Source: Basidioascus undulatus (taxonomy: Eukaryota). Taken from it: 35,300 nucleotides of DNA. The stretch spans positions 1-35,300 of the forward strand of contig JTLS01000067.1 of assembly GCA_000826855.1 (NCBI GenBank). Reading direction: 5' to 3'. Below the pieces are notes generated by a model. It searched no databases, was not told the origin of the DNA, and saw only the letters and a program-made list of their open reading frames with translations. Below, piece after piece: positions 23,578 to 34,776 of the stretch; the stretch's first letter is position 1; each line of letters starts with the position of its first letter. A program made the position numbers and the translations under genes.

Positions 23578-26500
23578 ATGCCCTTCTGTTTCCCGAGCCG
23601 ATCGACGCTCCACGCGCATACCGACGCCCCACCCGCGTACGGTGACAAGCCTGCGCGTCCTCAGGCGCACACCCTGACCGATACCACGGAGCGCCTGTCG
23701 AGGCTGCGTGCGCTGATGGAGGAGGAGAAGATCGACTATTAGTCCGTCCATTTTTTTCCGGAGACTTCGTAGTTTGAATGGCTGATTGGAAGTCTTGGTC
23801 CGGCAGCATCGTTCCCTCGGAAGACGCCCACGCCTCCGAGTACACCGCCCCTACCGACCAGCGACGGGCGTACATCTCGGGGTGCGTCTGTGTACCAAAC
23901 CTCCTTTATCTTCTTCCACACGCACTCAACCACTTCCATCAGCTTTACCGGATCTGCCGGTACAGCGGTGATCGGGCACGCCGACGCCCTGCTCTGGACG
24001 GACAGTCGCTACTGGGTCCAGGCGGGGCGGGAGCTCGACGCGAACTGGACGCTTGTGCGGCAGGGCGACGAGGGCGTGAAGGGGTGGGCGGAGTGGCTGG
24101 CGCAGGACGCTCCGAAGGGAAGCAGGATTGGGATAGATCCGACCCTGATCAGCTACAGTGCGTCGCCGTCTCCCTCTTTACCTTCCTCAATGAAATTAGC
24201 CGCTGACAACCCTCCTCCTGTACCCGAAGCTTCCGCACAATCCCTGACTACCTCTCTTACCACCTCCGAGTCGGCCTCCACGCTCGTCTACCGCTCTACA
24301 AACCTCGTCGACGAAGTGTGGGGGTCCTCCCAGCCGCAGCGGGACAAGTCCGCGATCTGGGTCCATCCCCTGAAGTATGCTGGTGCGCCTTCTCCTCCTC
24401 CCTTCTTCCCTTTGCCTCTTCCCGCCCCTCCCCACCGCTCAAGCATCATCCCACGTCGAACCAGGCAAGCCCGCCTCCGAAAAGCTGTCCGACCTCCTCT
24501 CCTGGCTGTCCACGTCCGCCCCCCCCGCATCGCTGTACTTCGTCCACGCGCTGGACGAGATCGCGTGGCTTCTCAACCTCCGGTGCGCCCTCCTCACCCA
24601 TCCCATCCCAAATTCCATGCTTACCCATCTACCTACCTGCAGATCCGTCAACTCGATCCCCTTCAACCCTGTCTTCCCCGTCTTCCTCCTCCTCTCTTCC
24701 CAGTCCCGCACGCTCTTTGTCGACCCCTCGAAGCTCCCGCCCGAGACCCTCAAATACCTCGCCGACTCGCTCAAACTGTCCATACAACCCTACGTGGGTG
24801 TGTGGGACGCCCTTTCTTCGGTAGGGAAGGACATGCCTGAGGGCGCGAGGGTGTGCGTGGGGCGCGGCGCGTCGGTGGAGGTTGTGCGGCGGCTCGGGGG
24901 CGAGGTGCGTCTTTGTCCTTCGCTCATTGTCAGGGATTAAAGGCTGAAGAATGTGAGATCGCGCAGAACAAGGTTCACCTCCTTCCCGGCACCTCGCCCG
25001 TCCAGCTCGCGAAAGCGCTCAAGAACCCGACCGAGCTCGAGGGAATGCGACGCGCCTACCTGCGGGACGGTGTTGCGTGGGTGTGTGTTCACCTCAGCCA
25101 TCCCTCCCCTCTTTCTTTTTTCTTTCTCTCCCCCGCGGCTGACATGCAGATGGGAAGGCGAAATGGGCCGCCTGGCTTGCGCACACCGTCCGGAAGACGC
25201 AGATCACGGAGTGGGATGCTGCGGAGAAGTTGACGGAGTACCGCCGGGGCGGGGAGGGGTTTGCAGGGCTGGCTTATGAGAATGTGCGTATGCGCACCGG
25301 GCGATGTCGCGGGGACGCGAGGTGGTACTTACACAACGCTTGGGGTGGACTAGATCTCTGCGACGGGCCCGAATGCTGGTACGTCTGGTAGAGGGATGGC
25401 GCGAGGGAGATGTTGCTGACTCCAGGCTGGCTTGGGCTTCTGCTCCTGCGGCGGTCAGCTCTCCCGCACTATGCACCCAGCCCCGAGGGCTCGCCCGCCA
25501 TTGACACCGCGACGCCCTATCTCAAGTTAGTCCCAGCGCTTATAGCACGCGATCACGCGAATCCCGAGATCCGATGTTGACGACGCGTCTTCGTCTTCGT
25601 ACGTAGCGACTCGGGCGCACAGTACTTTGACGGGACGATCGACACGACACGGACTGGTACTTTTCTTTCTTGCTCCTCCACCTTTCTCCGTGAACATACT
25701 CAACTGAGCCGTGGGTCACATCACAGTGCACTTCGGGAAACCCACGCTGGAGCAGAAGCGCGCATTCACGCGGGTCTTGCAAGGTCATGTGCGTTTGCGT
25801 CTGGCTCTGTCGATGTAGGATAGCCCAGCGTGTGCTGATGGCAGGATATGAGTGGACGACCGCATTAGATTGCGGTGGACTCGCTCGTTTTCCCCGAGGG
25901 CACGACAGGACTGCAGATTGACATTCTGGCGCGGTACGTCACCTGCTCTTCATTGTGTCTTTTCGTGAATGTACCCTGACGGATCCGTCCGCGGGGATTG
26001 CAGGCGAGCTTTGTGGCATGATGGGTAGGCGATGTTTCTCCTAGATCTGTCTGATAATGGTGCTGACTGGACCCGTGCTGGGCCCCCGATGCCCAGACTC
26101 AACTACGGCCACGGCACGGGCCACGGCATCGGCTCATTCCTGAGCGTGCACGAAGGCCCTCACGGGATCGGGTCGAGTGTCGCCCTTCACGTCCCGCTGC
26201 GCCCGGGGAACATCACGAGCAACGAGCCGGGATTCTGTGCGTGCACCTCTCCTATCATTACACCACTTCTGCTTCCCTATTGACCGGTGTAACTTGAAAC
26301 TCTCCACGGACAGACCTCGAAGGCAGCTTCGGGATCCGAATCGAGAGCGTGCTGGCCGTCAAGGTCGTCGAGACGCGTGGGAACTTCGGGAAGGCACGAT
26401 GGCTCGGCTTCGAGCGACTGACGAAGGTGTGTACCCTCCGTCATGGCACGTTCGACGAAAGAACCTGCTCTGACATCCTGGCCGGGTGGCAGGTCCCGAT

Positions 26501-26709
26501 TGATACGACCCTCGTGGACTGGAAGTTGCTCAACCGCGAAGAGCGGAGATGGCTCAAGGTGCGGCTTCGGGATTCTACCCCTTCTTGCGTCGCATATTGG
26601 CACTGAAGTTTTAGAACAGAACCATAATGCATCGGTCCGGAAGGAGCTCGAGCCCTTTTTGGGCGACGATAAGCGCGCGCGGGCGTGGTTGAAGATGCAG
26701 TGCTGCTGA
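23578..26709 (+). CDS. Xaa-Pro aminopeptidase (aminopeptidase P, M24B; Fra1/AMPP-like), multi-exon
   Basis: [73 protein letters not shown]. Metal-site motifs [35 protein letters not shown] and SNEPGFY..FGIRIES are present. Ends LKMQCC*. Confidence 0.96.
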
Positions 26710-27410
26710 GATGGGGGAGGCTGTCCCAGAGCGGTACGCTGGTAGAGTGAGAGTGGGATCAGTTGCACTACCATCTCGCATTGTTCTGTCAAGTCTTTCT
26801 TGTGTTCCAAGTGTGCACGGGCGTTGCGGGGGGCGTTGACTCCTGACGAACGCTCGGCCTCTTGCGTGTACGCAGTCTATTGTTCGGCTTGAAGATGGTA
26901 ACAGAAAGCATAGGGGCACAGGCAAGACTGTATACGTGAAGGCCTGGTGGCTTTCCTGCTCAGCCGAACATCTTGTTCAGATTGCGGATGCGACCCAGTT
27001 CGCAGGCATTGCATGCTGATGAGTAACGAGCTGCCTGCTGCAACCGAAAGCATCCCGACCATAGCTGTCTGCCGAGAGAGCGGCGGCAGCGCTATCTGCC
27101 GAGTCGACGCCTTCACCTGACTTGCATCCTCCACCTCCCCGATCGAGCGCAGTCAGCAGTATCTTGCCGCAACTTGCCGACCCTACTATCAGAGTACGTA
27201 AAGGCCAGGTAACCGAAACCCCTTCCGCGTCACGGTGAGATGAACCCCGAAGCACCGACTTCCCTTATCGGCGCCTTGTTCTCGAAATCCCAACTTCCCT
27301 CCTTGGTCCTCGATACCAATCACGCAGTTACTGAAACTACCGCGCTCATTATCTACCCTCTCCTGCTTCAGCTTTTTTTCCTTCACTCTATCGAACGATC
27401 TCGTCGCATC

Positions 27411-30400
27411 ATGCAAGCGTTCACGCCCGTCCCGCTCCCCTCCCCGCCATGCTACTACGCCAGCCTTGCGGGTCAGGGTACCTCTAGTGACTCTGAGAAT
27501 TCGGGCGTCGCGTTTTCCGAGACTGAAGACGTCCCGGTTCTGATCATCGGCCAAAGCATGGTCGGGATGACGCTGACCGCTCTGCTCGCCTACCACGGGT
27601 ACGCTATCATGCTTGCCGAGACACTGTCCTGGCCTTCAGCTCATTGATTTCTGAACTCAGTGTTAAATCGGTCGGCGTAGAGAAGCACGCCAGCACGGCG
27701 ATCCACCCTCGCGGTACGCATGTTGCGATCGCCAACTTTCTCGTTCCCAAACGATCGCTGGTTGATATTGCATTGCAGCGGCACTGTTCTTGACTCGGTC
27801 GCTGGAGGTACTTGCATCTTTCTCAAGTCATAAGCTACTCGACTTCGACCTTAGATTATATATTCCGCTGCAGATATTTCGTCAGATCGATCTTGAGAAG
27901 GATGTGGTCCAGGAAAGCAAGAAGCTCTATGACCTTAACGTACGTGAACTCGCAACGGATTTTTCCACTCCTCAGCTGCTTCAGCTTAGATGCTGCGTTT
28001 ACAGGCCGGTATCAATGCAGTTACCTCCCTCGCCGGCGATGAGTTGGCTGTCTACCTGCGAGGTGCGCCAACCGTCTGACCCCGCTTGAAATGTTATACA
28101 GCTCACTGTCGTCCGTCGAGCAGACATGAACGCCGTCTCGAAATACCTCACCCCTGCCGCCGGTCGCGTCTTCCTCACACAACACGCCTTCGAGCCCGTC
28201 CTGAAGCGACACGCCGTCACGAACGGCGCACGACTCGAGTTTGGTCGTGAGGTCCTCTCCGTGCGCGAGTTCGAGCCTGGAATGGGTGTCGAAGTTCTTG
28301 TTGAAGACCTCGGCACTGATCCGGGACGCGAGGTCAAGAAGGGCACAGTGAAGCGATACAGGGCCCAATACCTCGTCGCGGCGGATGGCAACCGCAGTCC
28401 GATCAGGCAGCAGCTCGGCATCGCTATGAAGGGCCACGGAGTCATGTCGGAGGTAGGCGCCTGCGTACCTCTTGTTGCACTTAAAGCCAACGCTCAACAC
28501 AGGTACCAGAGCTTGACAATCTACTTCCGTGCGCCTATGTTTGAACTTGTCCACGCCACGGACTGGGGTAAAGGGTCCGTCTCGAACGGCGTATGTTTTT
28601 TTACTCATTATGTCTTTACAGGTCAATAATCTCACAGCGGGAGTTTCAGCTCATCTACGTCTCGAATGATTATGTTCGCGGATTCTTCCGGCTCGACCGT
28701 CACCTGCAGGGTGGATTTCTCGTCGTCAACACCTGTACAGTCTACCTTTCTACAGCCTCTTTCCACTTTCAGACATGACACTGACTGATCATTTCGGTTT
28801 AGGTGGTCCCCCTGGGAAGGATTCATCGCGCTTCCTACCTCCCAACCTTTCGAAGGAGGGCGCGATCAAGATCCTCCGGTCCGCAATCGGCAGCGAGACG
28901 GTGCCCATCGAAATCGAGTTAGTCGCCCCGTGGAAGGTAAGAGCTCCCTCTGTGAAAGCTGGAAATCCCAATGTGATGTTTACTAACAATTCTTTCCGTT
29001 TCAGGCCGTCTCTGACAACGCTGAGCGTTATATGTCTCCGAGCGGTCGAATCTTTCTTGTCGGCGATGCCGCGCACACCGTTCTGCCTACCGGTACGTCG
29101 TCAGAGCACTGTTAGAAGCTTATGTTCGCTAATGTTGCGTGCGGCACAGGTGGATTTGGGGGCAACACCGGTAAACCTTTTCAAGGTCTAACCGAAACGA
29201 ACTGAGCGCTGACGTGAAACCTTCTTCAGGGATTGCCGACGTCCACAACATCGCGTGGAAACTGGCCGCAGTGCTGGATGGGAAAGCATCACCTGAACTC
29301 CTTCGCTCTTACGATGCTGAGCGGCAATTAGTCGGTCATTTTACCGTCGAGCAAGCGTACAGCCGCTACGTTAACCGAATCGCCCCGGAGCTCGAGGACA
29401 AGGGCGAACCCGAACGGCCGGACTACGAGATCGAGGTATGCGCTGCAACAGTTATCTTAACTGTTCCGTTTCTCTCGCTCAATTTTTGTCTCTTCCTCAG
29501 ATCGGGTACGGATTCCTCAACAGCCCCGGCATCGTCCGCAGTGAGGTAGACGAGCGCATGGCGCGTTCGCGCTTTGCGGCCTCGGGAGGCCGTTTCTTCA
29601 CCGAGGACGCAGCGTGCCCGTCGGGTCTTCCTGGATTCCGTGCGCCCTTCGCCCGTCTCCGCCGAGCCGATGGGTCTATCACCGCCACGACCGACCTCGT
29701 TCAGCGCAACTTCGTCCTCTTCACGCACGCGTCGTCTGCTGTCCCGGTTGCAGCATGGCACGGCGCTGCTGCGAACGCGAGCCGCATCCTCGGTGGGTTG
29801 CCGGTCGACTCGCACGTTATTATGGATGTCCTCGACCTCGAGCGGCCAAACATCCAGGGCAGGCTCATCGACATGGACGTGCTGGGAAAGTTCCGGCGCG
29901 GCTTCGGCCTCAAGGAGGGCGGGTGCGCGCTTGTACGGCCGGATGGGATCATCGCGTGGCGCTCCGAGGGCGCGCCGGGTCCAGGCGGGATTAGGCCGGG
30001 GGAGGAGCTTGCTGGCATCTTGAAGAAAATCTTGTTCCCCTCGGGAAGTGCACTTGCCACGCCCGTGATCGCGCCGACGGTCTCGGCACAGCAACCGGCT
30101 GCGAAGTCTGACCTACGAATTGACTCGATAGAAGGTGTGTCGGGCACCCTCCTCTTCGTCATCCTCATCGCTCACGCAACCTTTGCCTCTCCTCTCCCCA
30201 TCCTTTCCTATTCCACCGGCGAACCGAACTACAGCCACGGCTGCCGCGCTCTCCACCATCCGCCCTTCTCTCTCCCTCTCCGCCTCCGACCTTCACACGC
30301 GTGCCTGATCAGTGACCTGAACGATCTCCTATACCTCGATGACCTCCCCTTCTCCGAATGGCTCGCTTCTCTTCCCGGAACACTCCGTCCGCTTCATGCG

Positions 30401-30616
30401 CAGATGCTGTCCACCTGGCGGCGCCCACGCTTGCCTCGCGCGGGGGCACAGCAGGTCGCCGAGCTCGGGAGCTTCAATGGACAAGTGCAGACGCTGTTAG
30501 GAGAGCTGATGAAGGCGAGGGGCGCCTGGGAGAAGAGCATGCAGGAGAACAGGGAGCTCCGGGATGTACAAGAGAATTTGGCTGGCGTGTTGAAGGGCGT
30601 CAACGCGCTCGTCTGA
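27411..30616 (+). CDS. FAD-dependent monooxygenase (FAD_binding_3; aromatic hydroxylase, RdmE/PgaE-like) with a C-terminal extension
   Basis: VPVLIIGQSMVG Rossmann start, EKHASTAIHPRA, TQHAFEPVL, YLVAADGNRSPIR, FLVGDAAH..GGFGGNTGIADVHNIAWKL, LLRSYDAER, PGFRAP and ALVRPDGIIAWR. The frame stays open to 30616, so the true 3' end (about 30040-30616) is uncertain. Confidence 0.9.
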
Positions 30617-31272
30617 TTCGTGTCTCCTGTCCTCAACGGGTTTCAGTTTGATTAGATTCGAAGGGCTTTCATACCCAACTGCTTTTTACGGGTGTTCAGG
30701 TTCGAATGCACCCATATTTTGAATGACTGCAGAAACAAGCGCTCGGGGCGCCACACTGACGCAGCGCATGCCGCTTTCATTCGGTACAATGATATGCAAA
30801 TTCTTTTGGATCATCACATGTATTTCTATCATGTGAAGGACATTTTATTGTTAGGTGGCACTCAACGGACGCGGCGCTGGCAGCTGCACATCTCCGAGCA
30901 GGCAACATCGTCAACCCGCATGGCGCCTCCGATCTTTCTCTCGATACAGACGAGTCGCTACCCGGCTGTGACGCTGCCCCAGTATTTCAACAGTACCCTT
31001 GAGTAGTTCCACTCTGATTTATCGGGCCGCTCGAGGTTGAAGGTAAAAGGAGTTGAAAGGAAAGAGCAAGTTGAAACTATTACGACCTCCACCCTCTCAT
31101 CGGCTCTTACCGCGTGCCGGCCCGAGCGACTTCCAAAGGTCAGCATCAGCATCAGCTTCGTGACCTCAACCTCTTCATGTCCCCGACGCTCCGCCCTCTC
31201 CCAGTCTTCAATCGTACCGCCTACGCTCCCACCCGAGCCTTATCTTCTCCCATACTCCCCTTCTGCCGTGCC

Positions 31273-31886
31273 ATGACCGACTATAGCACGCTCCGCGTTC
31301 CGTCCACGCTGCCTTCGAATGTTGAGGCGTTCATCAAGGACTTTTACAAGTAGGCCCTGGTCTTTTTGGGATACAAGCACCAATACTAAGATACGAACAT
31401 CAAACAGGACCTCTGACACCGAGCACCCCCACGAGGCGTATGCTGAGCGCTTCACTCCGGATGGAACCCTCATCATGGGGCCGAGCCAGGTGAAGGGGCG
31501 GAAGAAGATTGTGGAAGAGCGTGGGAGGATGTGGGCTACCACTTCTGGTCGGGCCGTGCGTATCTTTTTATTCTTGTACTCCCCAACGATGAAATACTCA
31601 TGTGCTCCGATACTTTGCCGGGACAGCACTTCCCGCGCCAAGTGTATCACGACCCGTCCACGAACGAGCTGATGCTCTACGGGGAGGTTGACCGTACCGC
31701 ACGCGACTCCGGTGCGGTTACCAAGGGCATCACCTGGGCTGCGCGCATGGTGTTTGACAAGCAGAGCGTGCAAGACAGCAAGCCCCTGCTGGCATTCTAC
31801 CAGGTTTGGCTGGTGAGTGCTGGCAATCGAAAAGCGCATGTCGGCGTGCTCACTAAACAGAGGTTGAGGGACAGACCCCGAAGTAG
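31273..31886 (+). CDS. SnoaL/NTF2-like fold small protein (4 exons)
   Basis: MTDYSTL..FIKDFYK|TSDTEHPHEAYAERFTPDGTLIMG..KGRKKIVEERGRMW..|HFPRQVY..ELMLYGEV..WAARMVF..AFYQVWL|TPK*. This pattern matches fungal SnoaL-like proteins. GT-AG introns. Confidence 0.8.
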
Positions 31887-32471
31887 ATACGGAAACGCGA
31901 AATGGAACTTAGACCGAGACCTGATTTTGTTATGTACCATCTTATATCCGCGAGAAGATGCTGCCTTGTGTATCCCACGTAGCTCTTTGGGAGGCCGGGA
32001 GCCGGGCGGAGGAGTCAACTGCTTGTGTCGTACTGCCAGGTACCATCGCACTTTGCCCTGATTTTGCAGATCATGTCCTCGATGTTTGCCTGTCATGAGA
32101 TTGAAGGCAGCAGGGCCTCCCCCAGTGCCCCAGTTGCCGACGCCCAAAGTGAGTGATGACTCAAGCGCACCCTGCTTGGACCTTTTACCAGGAAAGTTCA
32201 GACCAACATCTATAACAGAGGCATACAAAAACCCTGATTGCAGAAATTCGCGAAGGCATGGCTGGCATAAACGGGTGGGACGACCTGTGGTACGGTGCCC
32301 ATGAGTGTCCGTAGTTCTAGCTATCGGTAGTACCTGGCGCATACTAAAATATGCAAAAGCCCGAAATAGTAAGCAGAATAAGGTTGGTGTATGCCTCTCG
32401 TAGGGAAGCAACCCAGTCAAGAGAGGTTTCTTCGGTAAAGAAAGGAAAGAGGTGCAAGTCCTTATCATATC

Positions 32472-32580
32472 TCGCCTTATCGCCAGGGGCTGGCTGTCGC
32501 CTGTCAGCGAAAAAGGCGCGTAGGTCGTGAGCGGCTGTCGCCTCAGGCGAGTCGGGCGCGCAGTCGGGCGCGCATTCGCC
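32472..32580. repeat. Cluster of short repeats (TCGCC x6, GGCTGTCGCCT x2, AGTCGGGCGCGC x2)
   Basis: TCGCC at 32472, 32480, 32497, 32538 and 32576, and inverted at 32546. An 11-mer at 32492 and 32533. A 12-mer tandem at 32550-32573. Confidence 0.7.
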
Positions 32581-32925
32581 TGGGCTTTCACCCTGCTCCT
32601 CGCTCAGCGCAAAGAGAGCGTACTTCTGACTGAAGGATGCTTAGTCTGGACTCTGGATAATTAAGGGCCCCATTTCCGGTCCAGGACGTTTCCAAAGTAG
32701 TCTGGCTAGTGGAATTGGGTTCAGCGGGCCCCGGGGACGTTGTCGATGCACGCACTTCTGCCCGTACGAAGTTTTCGACTGGTCTTCTCATTCCTCGCAA
32801 TTGGTCCTACAGCATCGTCCACCATAAGTTTTTCGCACGTTGGCCCTTCCGATTCCCCAGATATCATTTTCGAAGCATAGAGGCCTCGTACCCGCACAGC
32901 GATGCTCACGCTCCGCAACCTACAG

Positions 32926-34210
32926 GTGCCTGACAGCCCGGCCGACTGTCGGGTGCCTTGGCTCATACCGGTGCAGCGCGATATTGCGCGGCAGCGCATG
33001 GGTCGAATCGGTCGTGCATCCCCCACCGTGAGCTTCGATTCAACTTTGTCCGCGATGCGCCCCTCAAAACACATCGCTGCAGGCTTGAGCGTTTCCGTCT
33101 TGAAGAAGACCTTTGCTACCTGGCCGCTATACCTCTTCACCACTGCATATGCGTGAGTCGTGTTCACCGCTGATTTGTGGAGATCGCCGCAGTGGCTGAT
33201 CCGCCAACACGCGTGCACCTGGAGCTGGTCTCAAAACTCTAACACATGGATTGTACGTCAGTTACGTTACCGTTCTAGGGATCTCTGGCAGCTGTGGGTG
33301 GCTAAATGGGTCTTGCGGCGTAGATTCTGTATGTCAAGGCGGTCAAGAACGCCGATGGAACCAAGCGCTTTGGCGTTACCGAGAGTAACGTAATAGCGTG
33401 CTGTGGATGCTAGCGACGTGGGCGCGAGTCCAGCCTGTTTCAAAACTGACCTCCGGCACTTGTACCAGCATCGGTGGATACTTTCTCATTATCTTCTTTA
33501 TGATCTTCTTCTCTTGGTTGTCGGACTGGACCCAGAAGCGGTGTCGCTGGGTGGTCGTACAGCAGGTGCATCTGCGTTGTCCCCTTTCCCTTTTCCTCTC
33601 AAACTTAGTGCGAACCTTCTTGTTATCGCAGTCAACTATGCTCTTTGGTTGCGTTATTTTGTCGGCCTGGCCCGCGATTTCAAGATGTTCGCGTATTCGT
33701 GCTTTAGCTGTCGAATGCAACTGGTCCGATTCTCGTCGTGCGTGTCTCTTTCATCCTACCTTGCATTCTTCGGCTGACTGACATCTCTCTGCCAAAAGGC
33801 ATGGATGGCGGAGATTTGCAATGGTTCCGCAGAGCAGCGTGCAATCCTTCTTGGAGTGGCCGTCATGTTCGTATATGCTATAGACTCTTTTGCCAATAGT
33901 CCGCAGTCTCCTATCCTTAAGCACCCATTCTAACCTAAGCTAATGGTATATTTACACAGTCTTCATCTATCCTGCAAGCGAAGCTCCGCACTACCACGTC
34001 GGGTACAAAGCCGCTGAGGCTTCGCTGGTGGCTCGATCCTTTTTACACTCCTCATGAAGCGTATGCACCTCCGTGAGCTGTAAGTGATACTTTAATTGCT
34101 GCCATACTTGAAGTTTACCGCTCATGATTTTCTTCCCTGTCATCAAAAGGGCTCGTCGAGGTGATGTCGAGGCGCCAGCGCCGGAAGACGCCTCACCGAA
34201 ACCTACCTAA
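32926..34210 (+). pseudogene. Disrupted MFS anion:cation symporter (Fen2/Liz1 pantothenate-transporter-like), C-terminal half only
   Basis: Exon remnants: VPDSPADCRVPWL..ARQRMGRIGR, VLKKTFATWPLYLF, WSWSQNSNTW, KNADGTKRF, IGGY..FSWLSD, GCVILSAWP, SNATGPILV|AWMAEIC..EQRAILLG and IYPASEAPHYHVGYK. Lesions: two frameshifts near 33670-33700, TAG at 33705-33707, a frameshift near 34015 and no usable AG acceptor near 33210. Confidence 0.8.
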
Positions 34211-34776
34211 TACTACAGAAACATTTTCGGGATTCCCTGTAGCTCTTCTCTATGTCATTGTGTTGTACTTGAGCCTCACCATACCCCGGCATGATACCAA
34301 TCTTTTGCAATCATATCGCCTCATCTGTCTGTGTCAACGGGTTTTGTTCTGCCTGAACTCTCCCGCAAACTCGAGCTGCCTTGTGCAGGCAGTCGTCGCA
34401 CGTACAGAAGGCCAGACGTGCGTCCATACTGCATGGCCGCAGCGATGACGTTTGGAGTGTGAGAGCTCAACACGTCGAGCTGACCGTGCACTGCAAGAGA
34501 CTATAAAAAGAGCATGGAGGGGAAAAGAACAGCAAAGCCCGCATGCATTCCCCGGCACACGACAGTTGACGAGCAGACCGCGCACGCAGACGTGTACGAC
34601 GATGTTGAAGTTGTATATGATTGTCTCGACAAAACAGCTACTAGTACAAACACAATAATGACAGTCATGCAGAGACTATGCGATGCGTGGTTTCGTGATG
34701 CTATGCCAGCGTGGGGAAAGGGACGTAACGTAGAGAGGGCTATGCCAAAGAGAGGATGAAGATGAGGAGGTCGCTT

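Noticed and set aside
27544..27566. GQSMVG instead of GxGxxG as a sign of monooxygenase inactivation
   Set aside because: GxSxVG variants occur in this hydroxylase subfamily, and the DG and GD motifs are intact.
31797..32591. 264-aa minus-strand ORF
   Set aside because: Non-ATG start, no GC3 bias or motifs, and antisense overlap with the 3' end of the SnoaL-like gene.
33376..33720. Charged minus-strand ORF (KKIIKKIMRK)
   Set aside because: It is the antisense reading of hydrophobic transmembrane codons of the plus-strand transporter pseudogene.
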